Shown here: positions 1-12,324 of the stretch, in pieces
Layout: every line of letters starts with the position of its first letter
Numbering within the stretch: position 1 is the first letter of the stretch
NCBI GenBank assembly: GCA_951406725.2
Contig: OX597816.1
Location: 70,618,001 to 70,682,000 of the forward strand
DNA length: 64,000 nucleotides
Source: Octopus vulgaris
Taxonomy: Eukaryota
Direction of reading: 5' to 3'
Program-made: the position numbers and the translations under genes
Notes under the pieces: model-generated
Told to the model about the DNA's origin: nothing
Database searches by the model: none
The model's input: the letters and a program-made list of their open reading frames with translations, nothing else

Positions 1-274
1 GTGCACCTTTGCCCTAAAGGAAGATCTGATCAACATTATTAGATACAAACGAAGTTGCAGGTGTTACATCTTCGTTTTCCTTCTCCTAAAGAGGGATCTA
101 AACAAAGACTGGGTATCTCTCACTTCCAGCTGTTGGGTGGTTGTTGATTCTTGAGTTAATTCGTCCTCTGACAGGTTTTGTTCTTCGTCCTGCAGAGTGT
201 CCAACGAAAACCACACTCCTTGACAAGCAGGCTTGGTAGGGTTTCTGGATCCGCCACCGGCGAAACACACCCAT

Positions 275-309
<35 letters not shown>

Positions 310-1079
310 TAGATATAGATACATACATGTGTGTGTGCATGCGTGTATATATGTATGTATATATGTACGTATGTATGTATGTATATTCGCATATAAGGAT
401 GTGATGCAAGATCGCATTAGCATGAAACTCAAACCGCGAAATAAGAATTCAGTTTTAATATACTATATATATACGTGCGTCCATGTGTCATTAGGCGTTA
501 TTCCCTAGACTGAATGCACATATACACTAAACGCCAAATTTAGAATACAAGATTCCTATTTTGAAACTTGTCCGGGATCGTGTACCAGAATACGCAGAAA
601 TGAAACAGTTAATGATAATCGGAAATCGAACTGATCTAAATTTTTAAAAATTCATCATCGTCAACAACATCATCATCACTATCATCTCCATCTTAAACAC
701 TTTGCATCTGTTTTCTGTGTCGTCATGGGTTGGTCAGTAAGATCTAAATCAGTTCTTATTCAGAATTAATGTTCTCACAGGAGGATATGAATATTGTTGA
801 TGTTTACTCAAAAAATAAGTCTAACAATCCATTAAATTATAAGTAAATATATATGCTACAAAGGAGATTCATTGAATCAATCGATTAATCAATCAAAATC
901 GATAACCTAAGGACACTGAGGAACATTGCAAGAGACACAACATCCTTTCACTATTTCTCCCAATAATCAAATAATTACATATTTCCACCATCTTCCTCCC
1001 CGGCCATGTTTTTGATATTTATCCGATTACCCATTTCATGGTTTTCGTTGTCTTACACTCAGTCATTCAGTCCATCTTG

Positions 1080-1340
1080 AACATTTTGGTGTATCAGACA
1101 GCTGTTCTCTAGTGTTCTATTTTCTTTTTTCTTTTTTTTTTTGACAGTCTTCAGTTTCTCTTGAATGGTTCGAAATCGTGGTGTTCTTCGGTTCCTCTTT
1201 CCTGCTGCTACCCATCTCAATACTGTCCTTGCATCCTGATGATTTAGTTCCTGCAGAGGGTAAACTAACCAATTGCATCCTTATTACACGATCACGTCTT
1301 GGAGCCTTCGTTCTTCCAAGGATTTCTTTGTTTCTCAGAA
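1080..1340 (-). mobile_element. Degenerate RTE-clade LINE 3' ORF fragment
   Basis: Minus strand reads ..NKEILGRT.. and ..RTVLRWVAAGKRNRRTPRFRTIQEKLKT.., resembling the RTE C-terminal GKRxRGRP..W motif; frameshifted. Confidence 0.45.
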
Positions 1341-1344
1341 ATTA

Positions 1345-1571
1345 CTCTTACTCTCTTTACTTGATTCAGTCATTTGACTGCGGCCATGCTGGAGCACCGC
1401 CTTTAGTCAATCGAGCAAATCGACCCCAGGACTTATTCTTTGTAAGCCTAGTACTTATTCTATCGGTCTCTTTTGCCGAACCGCTAAGTTACGGGGACGT
1501 AAACACACCAGCATCGGTTGTCAAGTGATGTTGGGGAAACAAACACAGACACACAAACATATACACACACT

Positions 1572-1621
<50 letters not shown>

Positions 1622-1777
1622 GGATGGGCTTCTTTCAGTTTCCGTTTACCAAACCCACTCACAAGGCTTTGGTGGCCCGAGGCTATAGTAGAAGACACTT
1701 GCCCAAGGTGCCACACAGTGGGACTGAACCTGGAACCATGTGGTTGGTAAGCAAGCTACTTACCACACAGCCACTCC
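1345..1777 (-). mobile_element. tRNA-derived SINE family A (CORE-like ACCTTGGGCAAGT segment, internal CA/TA microsatellite)
   Basis: Minus-strand head gagtggctgtgtggtaag..ggttcagtccc with A/B-box-like motifs; more than 10 near-identical copies elsewhere in the window. Confidence 0.85.
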
Positions 1778-2509
1778 ATTCTCGATTTTTAGTAAAAGTG
1801 TTTTTGGTAAAAGACATTTTGGTGACATTTTTTGCAGTTTTCTTCCTTGTTTTCCTCGGATATAGAACCCCTTTTTAGTACAAATGCAAAATTATTATGT
1901 AGGAGAATCTTGATACTGATGCCCAATGTGTCCATGAACCAATTTTTTTACAGATGCTGAAATACAGCTGTCACCGCCCAGATTGACATAAAGTGCTTAA
2001 TAATTCATAAAACTATAATTTTAATAAACTGCATAATCAACAATGAAACATATATTGCAGATTTACTTCACCTGGATCTTACCACTATTCTACATCAATT
2101 CACAGAATTAACTATTACGCTATTCTAAATAACATTGGCCCAATGCCTAGTCAAAATCAATCGCACACCTCAATAAATTTTGCTTGATTGAACTAAGAAG
2201 ATCTTGATTAAATATGTAATAGGTAGACACTCCTGTAACTGTCCCTTTGCCAAGTACATACAGGTTTGATAAGTGCGGTTGGCAGGAAAAAACATGAGGT
2301 TGCTAGTATTTTGTTGCGTCCAAACTTTTGATATCCCTTTCCTGACAACCAGCTCACCAAACAAACAATCAATCCATAAATAAAACCAAGATTAGTTCCA
2401 ATAAAAAGTTGTTTCGTAATACCCTCGTCTTTACAGTTGCATACATAATACTCTGCTAGCAAACATAGATACATAATTTATATATTTATACATACGAGTG
2501 TACACGTAC

Positions 2510-2622
2510 GAAGGCGCTTGACCTGGTGGTTAATGTATTGCGTTAAGGAGCACTGGGTCGTGGTTTCAATTCTCAGACCAGCGGTATGTTGCGCTCTTGA
2601 ACAAAATATTTCACTTTCAAGT
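2510..2622 (+). mobile_element. 5' part of an old tRNA-derived SINE (family C-like), split by the mariner; continues at about 4531-4710
   Basis: ggcgcttgacctggtggtta..ggtttcaattc head; the family motif ..gttgctccagtccactc.. is broken at gtTA|ctccagtcc by the mariner. Confidence 0.6.
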
Positions 2623-2749
2623 TACGAGGCACGTTCATTAAAGATTTCCTTTGACCCACATCCGGTTATTGCAGGAAACGGAAATTGTACAGGTATAATT
2701 ATACGTCATTTACATTCGATGGATATTTGCCCTCATCTTGTTTGTTTTT

Positions 2750-2795
2750 AACACAACATTTCGGCTGATATACCCTCCAGCCTTCATCAGGTGTC
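2750..2795 (-). ncRNA. Minimal type I hammerhead ribozyme motif (left arm)
   Basis: Reverse complement gacac CTGATGA a ggctg gagggtatat cagcc GAAA tg TT gtgtt: core, stem II and stem I all pair. Confidence 0.7.
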
Positions 2796-2850
2796 TTGAG
2801 GAAATTTCGAACCTGGATTCTCATTCCTAAGGTATTTTTCGATGTTGTTA

Positions 2851-2952
<102 letters not shown>

Positions 2953-3041
2953 ATATTATCATGCTTGTGGACATATGGCTTAGTGGTTAAGAGCGCGGAC
3001 TACTAACCCCAAGATTCCGAGTTTGATTCCAGGCAATGACC

Positions 3042-3105
<64 letters not shown>

Positions 3106-3172
3106 CTACAACAACAACAACAACATCAAAAAATACCTTAGGAATGAGAACCCAGGTTCGAAATTTCCTCAA

Positions 3173-3218
3173 GACACCTGATGAAGGCTGGAGGGTATAT
3201 CAGCCGAAATGTTGTGTT
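3173..3218 (+). ncRNA. Minimal type I hammerhead ribozyme motif (right arm)
   Basis: gacac CTGATGA a ggctg-loop-cagcc GAAA tg TT gtgtt; predicted GUU cleavage triplet at 3211-3213. Confidence 0.7.
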
Positions 3219-4734
3219 AATAGCAAACAAGATGAGGGCAAATATCTGTCAAATGTAAATAATGTAAAAAATTACATAATTCCTCATCTCTTAAATATAG
3301 AACTGTATAATTATACGTCTCTACATGTCACATTGTAAATTGTAGCTTTCCGCTAGTATTCGTTTGTCTTTTACGACAGTTGAAGTGGACTAAGGTGTTA
3401 TAACAGAGGCAGTTGAATGTAGATCAGTGATCAGGTTCTTATAATTGATAGGTCGTACACCAAGAGACTTTCAAGGAGATTAAAGAAGGTTATGGTGACG
3501 ATACACCATCATACAACGTAGTCAAACGCCAGCATCGCTAGTTAAAATGTGGTCGGACATCAGTGGAAACTGCTCCTATTCCTGGACGACCACATTCCGC
3601 CATTGATGACGATACCATCCATAAAGTGGAAGCCTTCATTTTGGAGGATCACCGCATAATTATTCGGTAACTAGCCCAAGAAGTGAAGATAAGAGTAGGT
3701 TCCGTGGAAAAAAATTATTCATGACCATTTGCACATGCGGAAATTGTCTACACGATGGATTACCCGGATGTTCATACCTTTTCAGAAGCAGGAATGAGTC
3801 AATCGTTCCCAGTCTCTTTTGGTAATGTGCCAAGAAAATGTGAAGGACTTTTTCGGCAGACTTATCACACAGGATGAAACATAGGTCTATCACTATGATC
3901 TTGAGACTAAAGTCCAGTTGAAGCAATGGAAACGTAATAACTCACCACCTCCAAAGAAGGCTTGTGTCCAACCTTCAGCAGGCATGGTGATACTCAGTCT
4001 TTTGAGACCAGCGCGGAGTAGTGCCGATGGATTTTCTGGCAAAGGGCACCACAGTTAACGAGGCATATTATGCTTCTCTGCTGCAAAAATTGCAGGGCGC
4101 CCTCAAAGCAAAGAGGCGTGGCATGTTGACCAAAGAAGTCTGCCTCCTCCAAAACAATGCCGCAATTCACAATGCACATGTTGCTCAGACGAAAGCATAC
4201 TCTGGCAGCTATGAAATCTTTCTTCATCTTCCTTATTCTTCCGATCTTGCACAATCTGACTTCCTCCTCTTTCCAACCATGAAGTCTTTTTTTGAAGGGG
4301 AAGCACTTTTCAGATGATGATGACCTTATTTCCGAAGTAAAGTCTTGGCTCCAGACGCAACCTACCAGCTTCTCAACAGACGAGGTCTTCACAGCTTCAT
4401 AAAGCAATGAGAGAAGTGTGTCACCATTGGTGGTGACTATGTAGAGAAAGATTAATAATTATGTCAAGTTTCGTTTATCCCAGTCCTTGGGAAGTGGGTC
4501 ATGGGAAAACTTTAATGAACGCCCTTCGTACTCCAGTCCAGTCAAATATAAATCGGTAACTGCTACGGAACGGACTGGAGACAGAATGTTGGCCTGCTTG
4601 CCTAACCAGTGGGGTGGCATCATTCAAAAGCTACTGCAATACGAGGAAGCGCATCGTGACCAATGGTGTATAATAACATATGATAATCTAGTCGATACAG
4701 TGATATAAATGCATATATATATACATACATATAA

Positions 4735-4775
<41 letters not shown>

Positions 4776-4779
<4 letters not shown>

Positions 4780-4985
4780 ATCCAAACATGAAAACATAAA
4801 GAGAAAACACAACAACGCGGGGACGTGGTACAAGTATAGTGTTATTGGACACTCAGGAAAGGAAAGAGAGGAGAACTTAACGTTTCGAGCGGAGTTCTTC
4901 GTCAGAAACATAGAAGGAAAGATCCAAGGAAGGGAAGACGGAGGAAAAAAATCACCAACGGTACACACGCGGTCACATTTTGAGT
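4776..4985 (-). mobile_element. Short (TA)n/(TACA)n-flanked repeat with an HHR motif, probably Penelope-like derived
   Basis: About 210-bp island between microsatellites; contains the minus-strand HHR core at 4875-4909. Confidence 0.55.
4875..4909 (-). ncRNA. Minimal hammerhead ribozyme motif (one stem II mismatch)
   Basis: Reverse complement gttt CTGACGA a gaac tcc gctc GAAA cg TT aagt; palindromic ACGT stem III. Confidence 0.55.
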
Positions 4986-5204
4986 ATACACATACATACA
5001 TACATACATACATACATACATACATACATACATACATACATACATACAAACATACATACATACATACAAGCAAACACACACCAATGGCTACTACTCTGTG
5101 TGTGTGTGTAAGTGCTAATTTCTGGACAGGGTTATGTGCTGTGTTCTTGACCAAAACACTTCAGTTCACGTTACACCAATCCATTCAAATGGCGAAAATG
5201 AGCA

Positions 5205-5355
5205 GAGCTTCAAGCATCATCGTTGGCGCGATGGAAGGCAGACACATAAAGATTGTAGAAATGTTAGATTGGAGGCGATTAGATGTGGCCTGCGTATAAG
5301 GCAAGATTGGGGATGGCCTTAGCCAGGTTACTCATGAGCAAGGAACACAGATATA
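5205..5355 (+). mobile_element. Degenerate RTE LINE AP-endonuclease N-terminal fragment
   Basis: SIIVGAMEGRHIKIVEMLDWRRLDVACV*..ARLLMSKEHRY resembles the APE start (NVGTL..GR..EIVEML.RRR.DV.C.QE). Confidence 0.55.
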
Positions 5356-5634
5356 TAGATAGAACATATTTATAATTACCTTACGGTAGAGCATCCGAGA
5401 CATCTAGTCGGTCGGTGTTCAGTGAGACAGGTTCCCATGAATTATCGCTATAAATAGCAAATATCAGTGGTCACGAGGGGTTGAATATAATGAAAACAAA
5501 CTGAGTGCGTTTATGTATATCCAACTAAAGAAAATCCTATCTTGGCCGAGGTAGTAAAAATCCCTCCAAAGTGTTCTACAAGAAAAGATATCAAGTTAAA
5601 AAAAATTGTTAATGTCTAGGAACGATTTTAGATT

Positions 5635-5655
5635 ATGATAATGATAATGACGTTA

Positions 5656-5716
<61 letters not shown>

Positions 5717-5719
5717 CGA

Positions 5720-5761
<42 letters not shown>

Positions 5762-5830
5762 TAATGATGATGACGGCGGTGACGACAACGACAATGATGA
5801 TTGTGATGACATGACGATGGCGACGACGAT
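5635..5830. repeat. (GAT)n/(GAC)n trinucleotide microsatellite
   Basis: Direct inspection. Confidence 0.95.
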
Positions 5831-6344
5831 ATTTTCTTTATTAGCTGCAAGGGCTCTAAGATAGAAAAAAAAATTAATACAAAGCTTGCACACGCGTTGT
5901 GTCCTTGAGCAAGACACTCTATTTCAAGTTGCTCCAGCCTGTTCAACTGGCAAAAGTGAGCCGTACCTGTGAAAAATGCGTTTACAGTATATGAAAGGAA
6001 GGGATGAGAGACACCCTCACACACATGTATATGCAAATATACATATAGTTGCATGGAAAAAGGTACGTAAAACATAAACTAATTAAAACTAGATATAATT
6101 AAAGGAAATCAAACATGAAAGATTACTGGTAACGTTATGTTAAGGTACTCTACGACACTGTTCCCGTAATCCTTTCTCAACTTGTGCATGAGTGCAATCT
6201 AATGCACCAGTAAGATGTTTTTATATACTTGGTACTGAAAAAAAGCAATATATTGAATGTGTTCGCTTTTAAATTCTGTGTAATGTCTTAGTTTTAATTT
6301 TATCAACAAGTTATCTTTTACATGTTGTTTATATTCTGATTCGG

Positions 6345-6615
6345 TGAGCACGCATGGCTCAGTAGTTAGAGCGTCAGGCTCATAATCACGAGGTAATGGG
6401 TTCGATTCCCAGCCGGGGTGTGTGTTGTGTTCTTGAGCATGACACTTTATTTCACGTTGTTCCACTTCACTCAGTTGTAGAAATGAGCTGCGACGCCACT
6501 GGTGCCAAATTGTATCGGTTTTTGCCTTTCCTTTGGATAACATCGGTGGCGTGGAGAGGAGAGGCTGGTACGCATGGGCAACTGCTGGTCTTCCATAAAC
6601 AACCTTCCCCTGATA
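6345..6615 (+). mobile_element. tRNA-derived SINE family C
   Basis: tggctcagtagttagagc..gggttcgattcc A/B boxes; same body at 46180-46510 (+) and 48035-48350 (-). Confidence 0.8.
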
Positions 6616-6616
6616 C

Positions 6617-6752
6617 TTAGCATTCAAGTACTAATCCAAAAATCTTTGCTGTTCCCAGTAGAGCAGATTTCTGAGCATGTTCTACTCTCTTGTCAATCCC
6701 AATATCTCCAACAAATCTCTCCAAACAGGTTTTCAATGCTCCCAGAGGTCCA
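6617..6752 (-). mobile_element. R4/Dong-like non-LTR retrotransposon C-terminal fragment
   Basis: VVGPLGALKTCLERFVGDIGID..HAQKSALLGTAKIFGLVLEC* matches the xxGALG..QKxALLGTA C-terminus of RLE-type LINEs. Confidence 0.6.
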
Positions 6753-7013
6753 ACAACTTTTTTATTGCCCTCTCCCCCTCTCTCTCTCTCTCTTCGTATA
6801 TATCTTTTTTTGTTCTGTTTTTTTTTTGTAGTTTCTCTTGTAAGGCAGAAAGCAGTCATGCACAACATAGTGACTCGTTGAACTTAGTGTACTATTGTAC
6901 TATTGTAATGAAGGGTACCTAGTTAGAAGTTTAGACTCACCAACAACATGTCTAGGAGGGTAGTACCTCTACTGAGCCCAGGAAAACAGTAACTTTAAAT
7001 AACAACAAAAACA

Positions 7014-7247
7014 GGCGGCGAGCTGGCAGAAACGTTAGCACGCCGGGTGCAATACTTTGTGGTATTTCGTCCGTCACTGCGTTCTGAGTTCAAATTCCGC
7101 CAAGGTTGACTTTGCCTTTCATCCTTTCGGGGTCGAAAAATTAAGTACCAGTTACGCACTGGGGTCGATGTAATTGACTTAATCCCTTTGTCTGTCCTTG
7201 TTTGTCCCCTCTATGTTTAGCACCTTGTGGGCAATAAAGAAATAAGT
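7014..7247 (+). mobile_element. tRNA-derived SINE family B (Meta/Sauria-like central domain)
   Basis: ggcggcgagctggcagaa head, gagttcaaattcc B box, gcctttcatcctttcggggtcg..aagtaccag domain; many copies in the window. Confidence 0.85.
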
Positions 7248-7415
7248 AACTTTAAACAGGAATTTTCATAGAGGCATAGACTGTGGGAGCTGTAATGAAG
7301 ATAACCTTTCTGGGAGAGTAACATCTATGAATAAAAGTCATTACAGGGTAGAAGGGAAACTTCAGTCCTTTCAGAAATACAAGAAAAATAGAGGAAAGAG
7401 AGATCTATAACATGC

Positions 7416-8550
7416 AGGGGTTGGACAAAATAATGGAAACACCAGTTTTTATTTAACTATTTTTTTCTCTATTGGCAATATAATGAATTGGAAACCATTC
7501 TAGTTTGTATATATATATATGAATATATGCATTATGTATGCCTTGTACTTCATGATGTAACTTTCCATTTTTCTTTTCTTAGTAGTATTTCGTCTACTGT
7601 TACGTTCAGAGTTCAAATTCCGCCGAGGTCGACTTTGCCTTTCATCCTTTCGGGGTCGATAAATTAAGTACCAGTTACGCACTGGGGTCGATGTAATCGA
7701 ATTAATCCCTTTGTCTGTCCTTGTTTGTCCCCTCTATGTTTGACCCCTTGTGGGCAATAAAGAAATAAGTTTAAATGTGTAACCTATCTAATTTCCAAAG
7801 AGAAAAAACTGTTGGAGCTCAGCTGGCTGGAGCTTCAGTCACAAAAATTGGTGAATAGTTTTATGTTTCAAGAAGTGCTGTCTCTAAAATCATGTTAGCA
7901 TTCCAGAAAGGAAGTAAATCCAGCTCTGACAAGCATAATTCTGGACAGAAGGCAAAGCTGGTGGGGAAGACAGAAGGCAAAGCTGATAGTGGAGGACAGA
8001 AGGCAAAGTTGATAGGGAGAACAGAAGGCAAAGCTGATAGGGAGGACAAAAGGCAAAGCTGACAGGGAAGGACAGCAGAATAGAAAAACATATTGTGTCT
8101 AAAAACCATCAAATTATGGTTACAAAAGTGATATCTAAGCCCCCACTTTGCCACCCTTGTGTCAGCCAAAACCATTTGGTGTGAGCTTGATACTGTGAGG
8201 GGGCTGCAATTACTAAACTTTCCCTGTCCCCCATCAATACTGATAAGTGGTAAAAATGATGTCTAGATTATCAGAAGTAATCAAAGGTTCTCTGAAGAAT
8301 CATCATTTACTCTTTTCCCACTTCAGATTGAATTTGTCTGGAGATTGCTCAGTCCTTACCGCGAAACATTGATGTGGCACTGTGAGGATTTGGGCAGCCA
8401 TATCACAGATTTATCTTTGCCTTTTAGTTGTTCTATATGGCATACTTAACATCAAGGACAATCTGAGTATTTTGTTTGATCCTGTCCGCTCTATGGTACA
8501 AATTTTGTTCCCTGATGGTAGCACAATCTTCCAGGATGACAATATACTAG
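7416..8550 (+). mobile_element. Highly decayed Tc1-like transposon remnant (SINE B fragment inserted at about 7585-7770)
   Basis: Tc1-type TIR caggggttggacaaaataatggaaacacc at 7416; IWAAIS..LFPDGSTIFQDDN transposase motifs at 8382-8545. Confidence 0.6.
7944..8075. repeat. About 25-bp minisatellite, ~5 units (gacagaaggcaaagctgatagggag)
   Basis: Direct inspection. Confidence 0.85.
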
Positions 8551-8578
8551 TTCAGAATAGTCTATCAAATTTTAATGC

Positions 8579-8624
<46 letters not shown>

Positions 8625-10323
8625 CACACAACACATACACATGCACACAACACATACACACACACAACACATACACACACACAACACATACACACACACA
8701 ACACAAACAGTACATGTACACACACATATGTGTGTGTGTGTGTGTGTGTTATGAGCTTCTTCCAGTTTCCTTCTACCAAATCCCCTCACAAGGCTCTGGT
8801 TGGCTGAGGGCTATAGTCAAAGACATTTGCCTGAGATGCTACACAGTGGGACTGAGCCTGAAACCACATATATATATTGTATTACTAAGGATGTATGCAA
8901 TGCATATACTATATATAATGTAATACATTTAGAATAGTGCATGTAATAGATCTAGTGTACTACAGTACGTACTTAATACACATGCTATATAGTATGCTAG
9001 ACATATGGGAATCTTGTATGTAATACAACTAGTATATTGTATGTAATACATATCATATATGATATGTAATACCTCTAGAGGATAGTTTGAAAAGCCTTAA
9101 GGGATGTAATACACATAGTATATAGTAAGTACTACATACAGAATATAGTGTGTAATGCATCTACTACCCTCTTCATCATCATCACCATTTAACGTCCACT
9201 TTTCCATGCTTGCATGGGTCAGACAAAATTTGTTGAAGCAGATATTTTTCTACAACCAGATGCTCTTCCTGTTGCCAACCCTCAGATATTTCCGAGCAAG
9301 GCAATATTTTCTCAAGACCAGACATGTTCTTCATGAGAGAATGGAAAAGAATAAGCTCATTTGTATGATAATGATGCTCATTTGCTATCATCAAGTGGTG
9401 TCTAGACAAGGGTACACACGAAAATATACAGACACATATACATTTCAGTTTCCTCTACCAAGTCAACTCCCAAGGCTTTGATTGGCCTGGAGCGATAGTA
9501 GAAGATACTTACTCATCATGCTGCACAGTAGGACTGAAGCAAGTTTCTTAACCACACAGCAACACCTGCACCTATATATATACATATGTACACACACACA
9601 CACATACACACTGAGCCCCCACATTGTTAGGCAAATCAACCTTCTCTCAATAAATGTATATTCATTCAAAACCAATTTTTTTCCCACTGACTGTTAGCAA
9701 CACCTAATCTGCACACATTCTGTTAAAATAAATTGGATCTGCACAGATGAAAACAGCAGCTATTATTGTGTAGCAGCAATCTGCTGTCCCAAATTATTAG
9801 GTATTTAAATGTCATTATGGGTCAGAAATGTGATTTTACTTCGAATGAGAAATCTACCATTGTGTCAGAGCTTGGAAAAGGAAAAAAAAACCCATAGAAA
9901 TATTAAAAATATTGGGAAGAGATCACAGGACATTGAAGAAATTTGTGTAGTCTCCTATTTGTGTCTGGTCGAGGGCAGATAAGGGTAAGTCAAGGGTTGC
10001 TTTGAATCGTACTTTGTCACGTGTGAAAAGGAAAGTTGTGTGGAACCCATGTCTGACTAGTAGAGAAGTGTTCAAACATTGTGGCAGGGAAGATGTATCA
10101 AAAACTACAAGGTATCACCTCTTGAAGCAGGTAGCCAGGAATGTTAAATAAGACACCCTCTGTAGGATGTTCATAAACAGAAGAGACTGAAATGGGCAGA
10201 AGAATACATGAAGATAGATTTTTCAACAGTTCTGTTAATTGACAAATGCCATGCTACCCTTGACGGACCAGATGGCTGGTGTAATGGTTGGGTATCAATC
10301 AGCAGGAACCATCCTCATCATTT

Positions 10324-10603
10324 ATGTGGAAGCACATGGCCTAGTGGTTAGAGCAGCGGACTCGCGGTCGAGGGATCATGGGTTCGAATCTCAGACCGGG
10401 CGAAACACCTAAGCTCCACGTGGCTCCGGCAGAAGGTAATGGCGAACCTCTGCTGACTATTTCATCACAACTTTCTCTCACTCTTTCCTCCTGCATCTTG
10501 CAGCTCACCTGCGACGGACCGGCGTCTTGTCCAGGTGGGGAACCTATATGCCAAGGAAACCGGGAAACCGGCCCTTATGAGCCAGGCATGGCTCGAGAAG
10601 GTA
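10324..10603 (+). mobile_element. tRNA-Arg-derived SINE (OR-type), family D
   Basis: tggcctagtggttag..ctcgcgg..gggttcgaatc; 14-bp TSD catcctcatcattt (10310-10323, 10604-10617). Confidence 0.85.
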
Positions 10604-10994
10604 CATCCTCATCATTTGAGATGCCAACAATGGGTAGGTGGGGTCATGTTTTGGGCTGGCATCGTTGGTGGTATGATGGTCGGAACATGGGAAGTCCCAG
10701 ATGGCATTAAGATGACATTGAAAGTGTTACCTTCTTAAAGGACAATTTCCAACCATGGCTCAAAAGCAAAACTTTTCATTCAAAAGAAAGCTGGTCTTCA
10801 TGCAAGATAATACCCCGTCTCATGCAATAAAGAATTCTTAGGAATACCCGCAGCATTTGATGGAGTGGCCATCTTGTTCCCCAGACTTAAACCTGATTGA
10901 GAACCTGTGGAGTGTCCTGAAGAGGCACATTTACCAAGATGAACAGCAGTTTTCAAGTAAAGTTGCCCTCTGGGATGCTATTGTAGATGCTGCT

Positions 10995-11369
10995 GCTGAG
11001 CTGTTGCTGTTGCTGTTGAGTGAATGGTCAAGATGGGAGAAGTCCGAAACGTGGTCCTTTTGCTATTCGTAAGACCTGCAGAAGAGGAAGCAGGTCAACC
11101 CCTGACACTGAGAGCATTGGCGGATGGATGAATGAACATCTAGGCTCAGCGGTTGCGTAGGAAGTCGGGGACAAGAAACAGGAAGAAAGAGTGAGAGAAA
11201 GTTGGAGCGAAAGAGTACAACAGGGGTCACCACTGCCCCCTGCTGGAGCCTCGTAGAGCTTTAGGTGTTTTCGCTCAATAAACACACACAACGCCTGGTC
11301 TGGGAATCAAAACCGCGATCCTCCGACCGCGAGACCGCTGCCCTAACCACTGGGCCATTGCGCCTCCAC
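10995..11369 (-). mobile_element. tRNA-Arg-derived SINE (OR-type) with a different 3' tail ending in (CAACAG)n
   Basis: Head ggaggcgcaatggcccagtggttagggcagcgg; 14-bp TSD ttgtagatgctgct (10981-10994, 11370-11383). Confidence 0.85.
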
Positions 11370-11835
11370 TTGTAGATGCTGCTCAAAGCATGACACAAAA
11401 GGATATCATCACCTTGACAAATTCAACGGATCATCACGTAAGGAAGGTTATTGTATGTGGAGGCTCATACATCAAACACTAGGAGCTGTATGACATCATA
11501 ATCCCATGATTATTTTCATTCAAATGTATTATTATGTTTACCATTAAGTCCTTTATGAATAATTTTTTTCTTAAACCTTAACTGTTGAATTAAATAAATG
11601 CTTGTTCTGATGCAATTATCATTTTATTATTCTTGCCTAATAATTTGTGACAGTGCAAATGCTGGCCAATCACAAAAATGGCCACCAGTTGTTGGCATCT
11701 ATACAGATCCAATTTATTTTAACAGAATGTGCACAGGTAGGTGTTGCCAACAGTCAATGGGAAAACAATTAGTTTTGAACAAATATACATTTCTTTATTG
11801 AGAGAAGGTTGATTTGCCTAACAACGTGGGATGCA

Positions 11836-11904
<69 letters not shown>

Positions 11905-11909
11905 TACAT

Positions 11910-12280
11910 TCGAGCGTGGCCATTGCCAGTGCCACCTGACTGGCTCCTGTGCCAGTGACATGTAAAAAGCACCATTCGAGCATGGTCGTTGCCAGTGCCA
12001 CCTGACTAGCCCTTGGGGCAGTGGCACATAAAAAGGACCCACTACACTCTTGGGATTATAGAAAACCTTGCCAGAGCAGATTGGAGCCTGGTACAGCCTT
12101 CTGGCTTGCCAGTCCACAGTCAAACCATCCAACCCATGCCAGCATGGAAAGCAGACGTTAAACGACAACGACGATGATGGTGATGATGATGATGATGATG
12201 ACGAAGACGATGATGATGATGATGACAACGACGATGATGATGATGATGGCGACGACGACAACAACAGCAGTGATGATGAT
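11910..12280 (+). mobile_element. RTE-LINE 3'-tail copy ending in an expanded (GAT/GAC)n tract
   Basis: ccaacccatgccagcatggaaagcagacgttaaac(gat)n matches the tail of the RTE LINE at about 24590-24840. Confidence 0.8.
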
Positions 12281-12324
12281 ACTAGTCATCTAGTATATGT
12301 AACTTGTGTATACTATGAAGTGTG

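Larger units (their letters stand above)
9607..11838 (+). mobile_element. Full-length decayed Tc1-superfamily transposon with long TIRs (TRT/DD37E-like), two SINE insertions
   Basis: About 140-bp imperfect TIRs (9607-9750 vs 11696-11838); transposase from ATG near 9817 (MGQKCDFTSNEKSTIV..) with ATLDGPDGW, GGVMFWAGI, MQDNTPSH and WPSCSPDLNLIENLW, ending near 11482. Confidence 0.88.

Noticed and set aside
2968-3041. tRNA gene
   Set aside because: A and B boxes are present but the acceptor and anticodon stems pair poorly and it is fused to a repeat body; it is a SINE head, as are the other tRNA-like segments.
7944-8075. CRISPR-like array
   Set aside because: Units are contiguous with no unique spacers, the context is eukaryotic, and no cas genes are present; it is a minisatellite.
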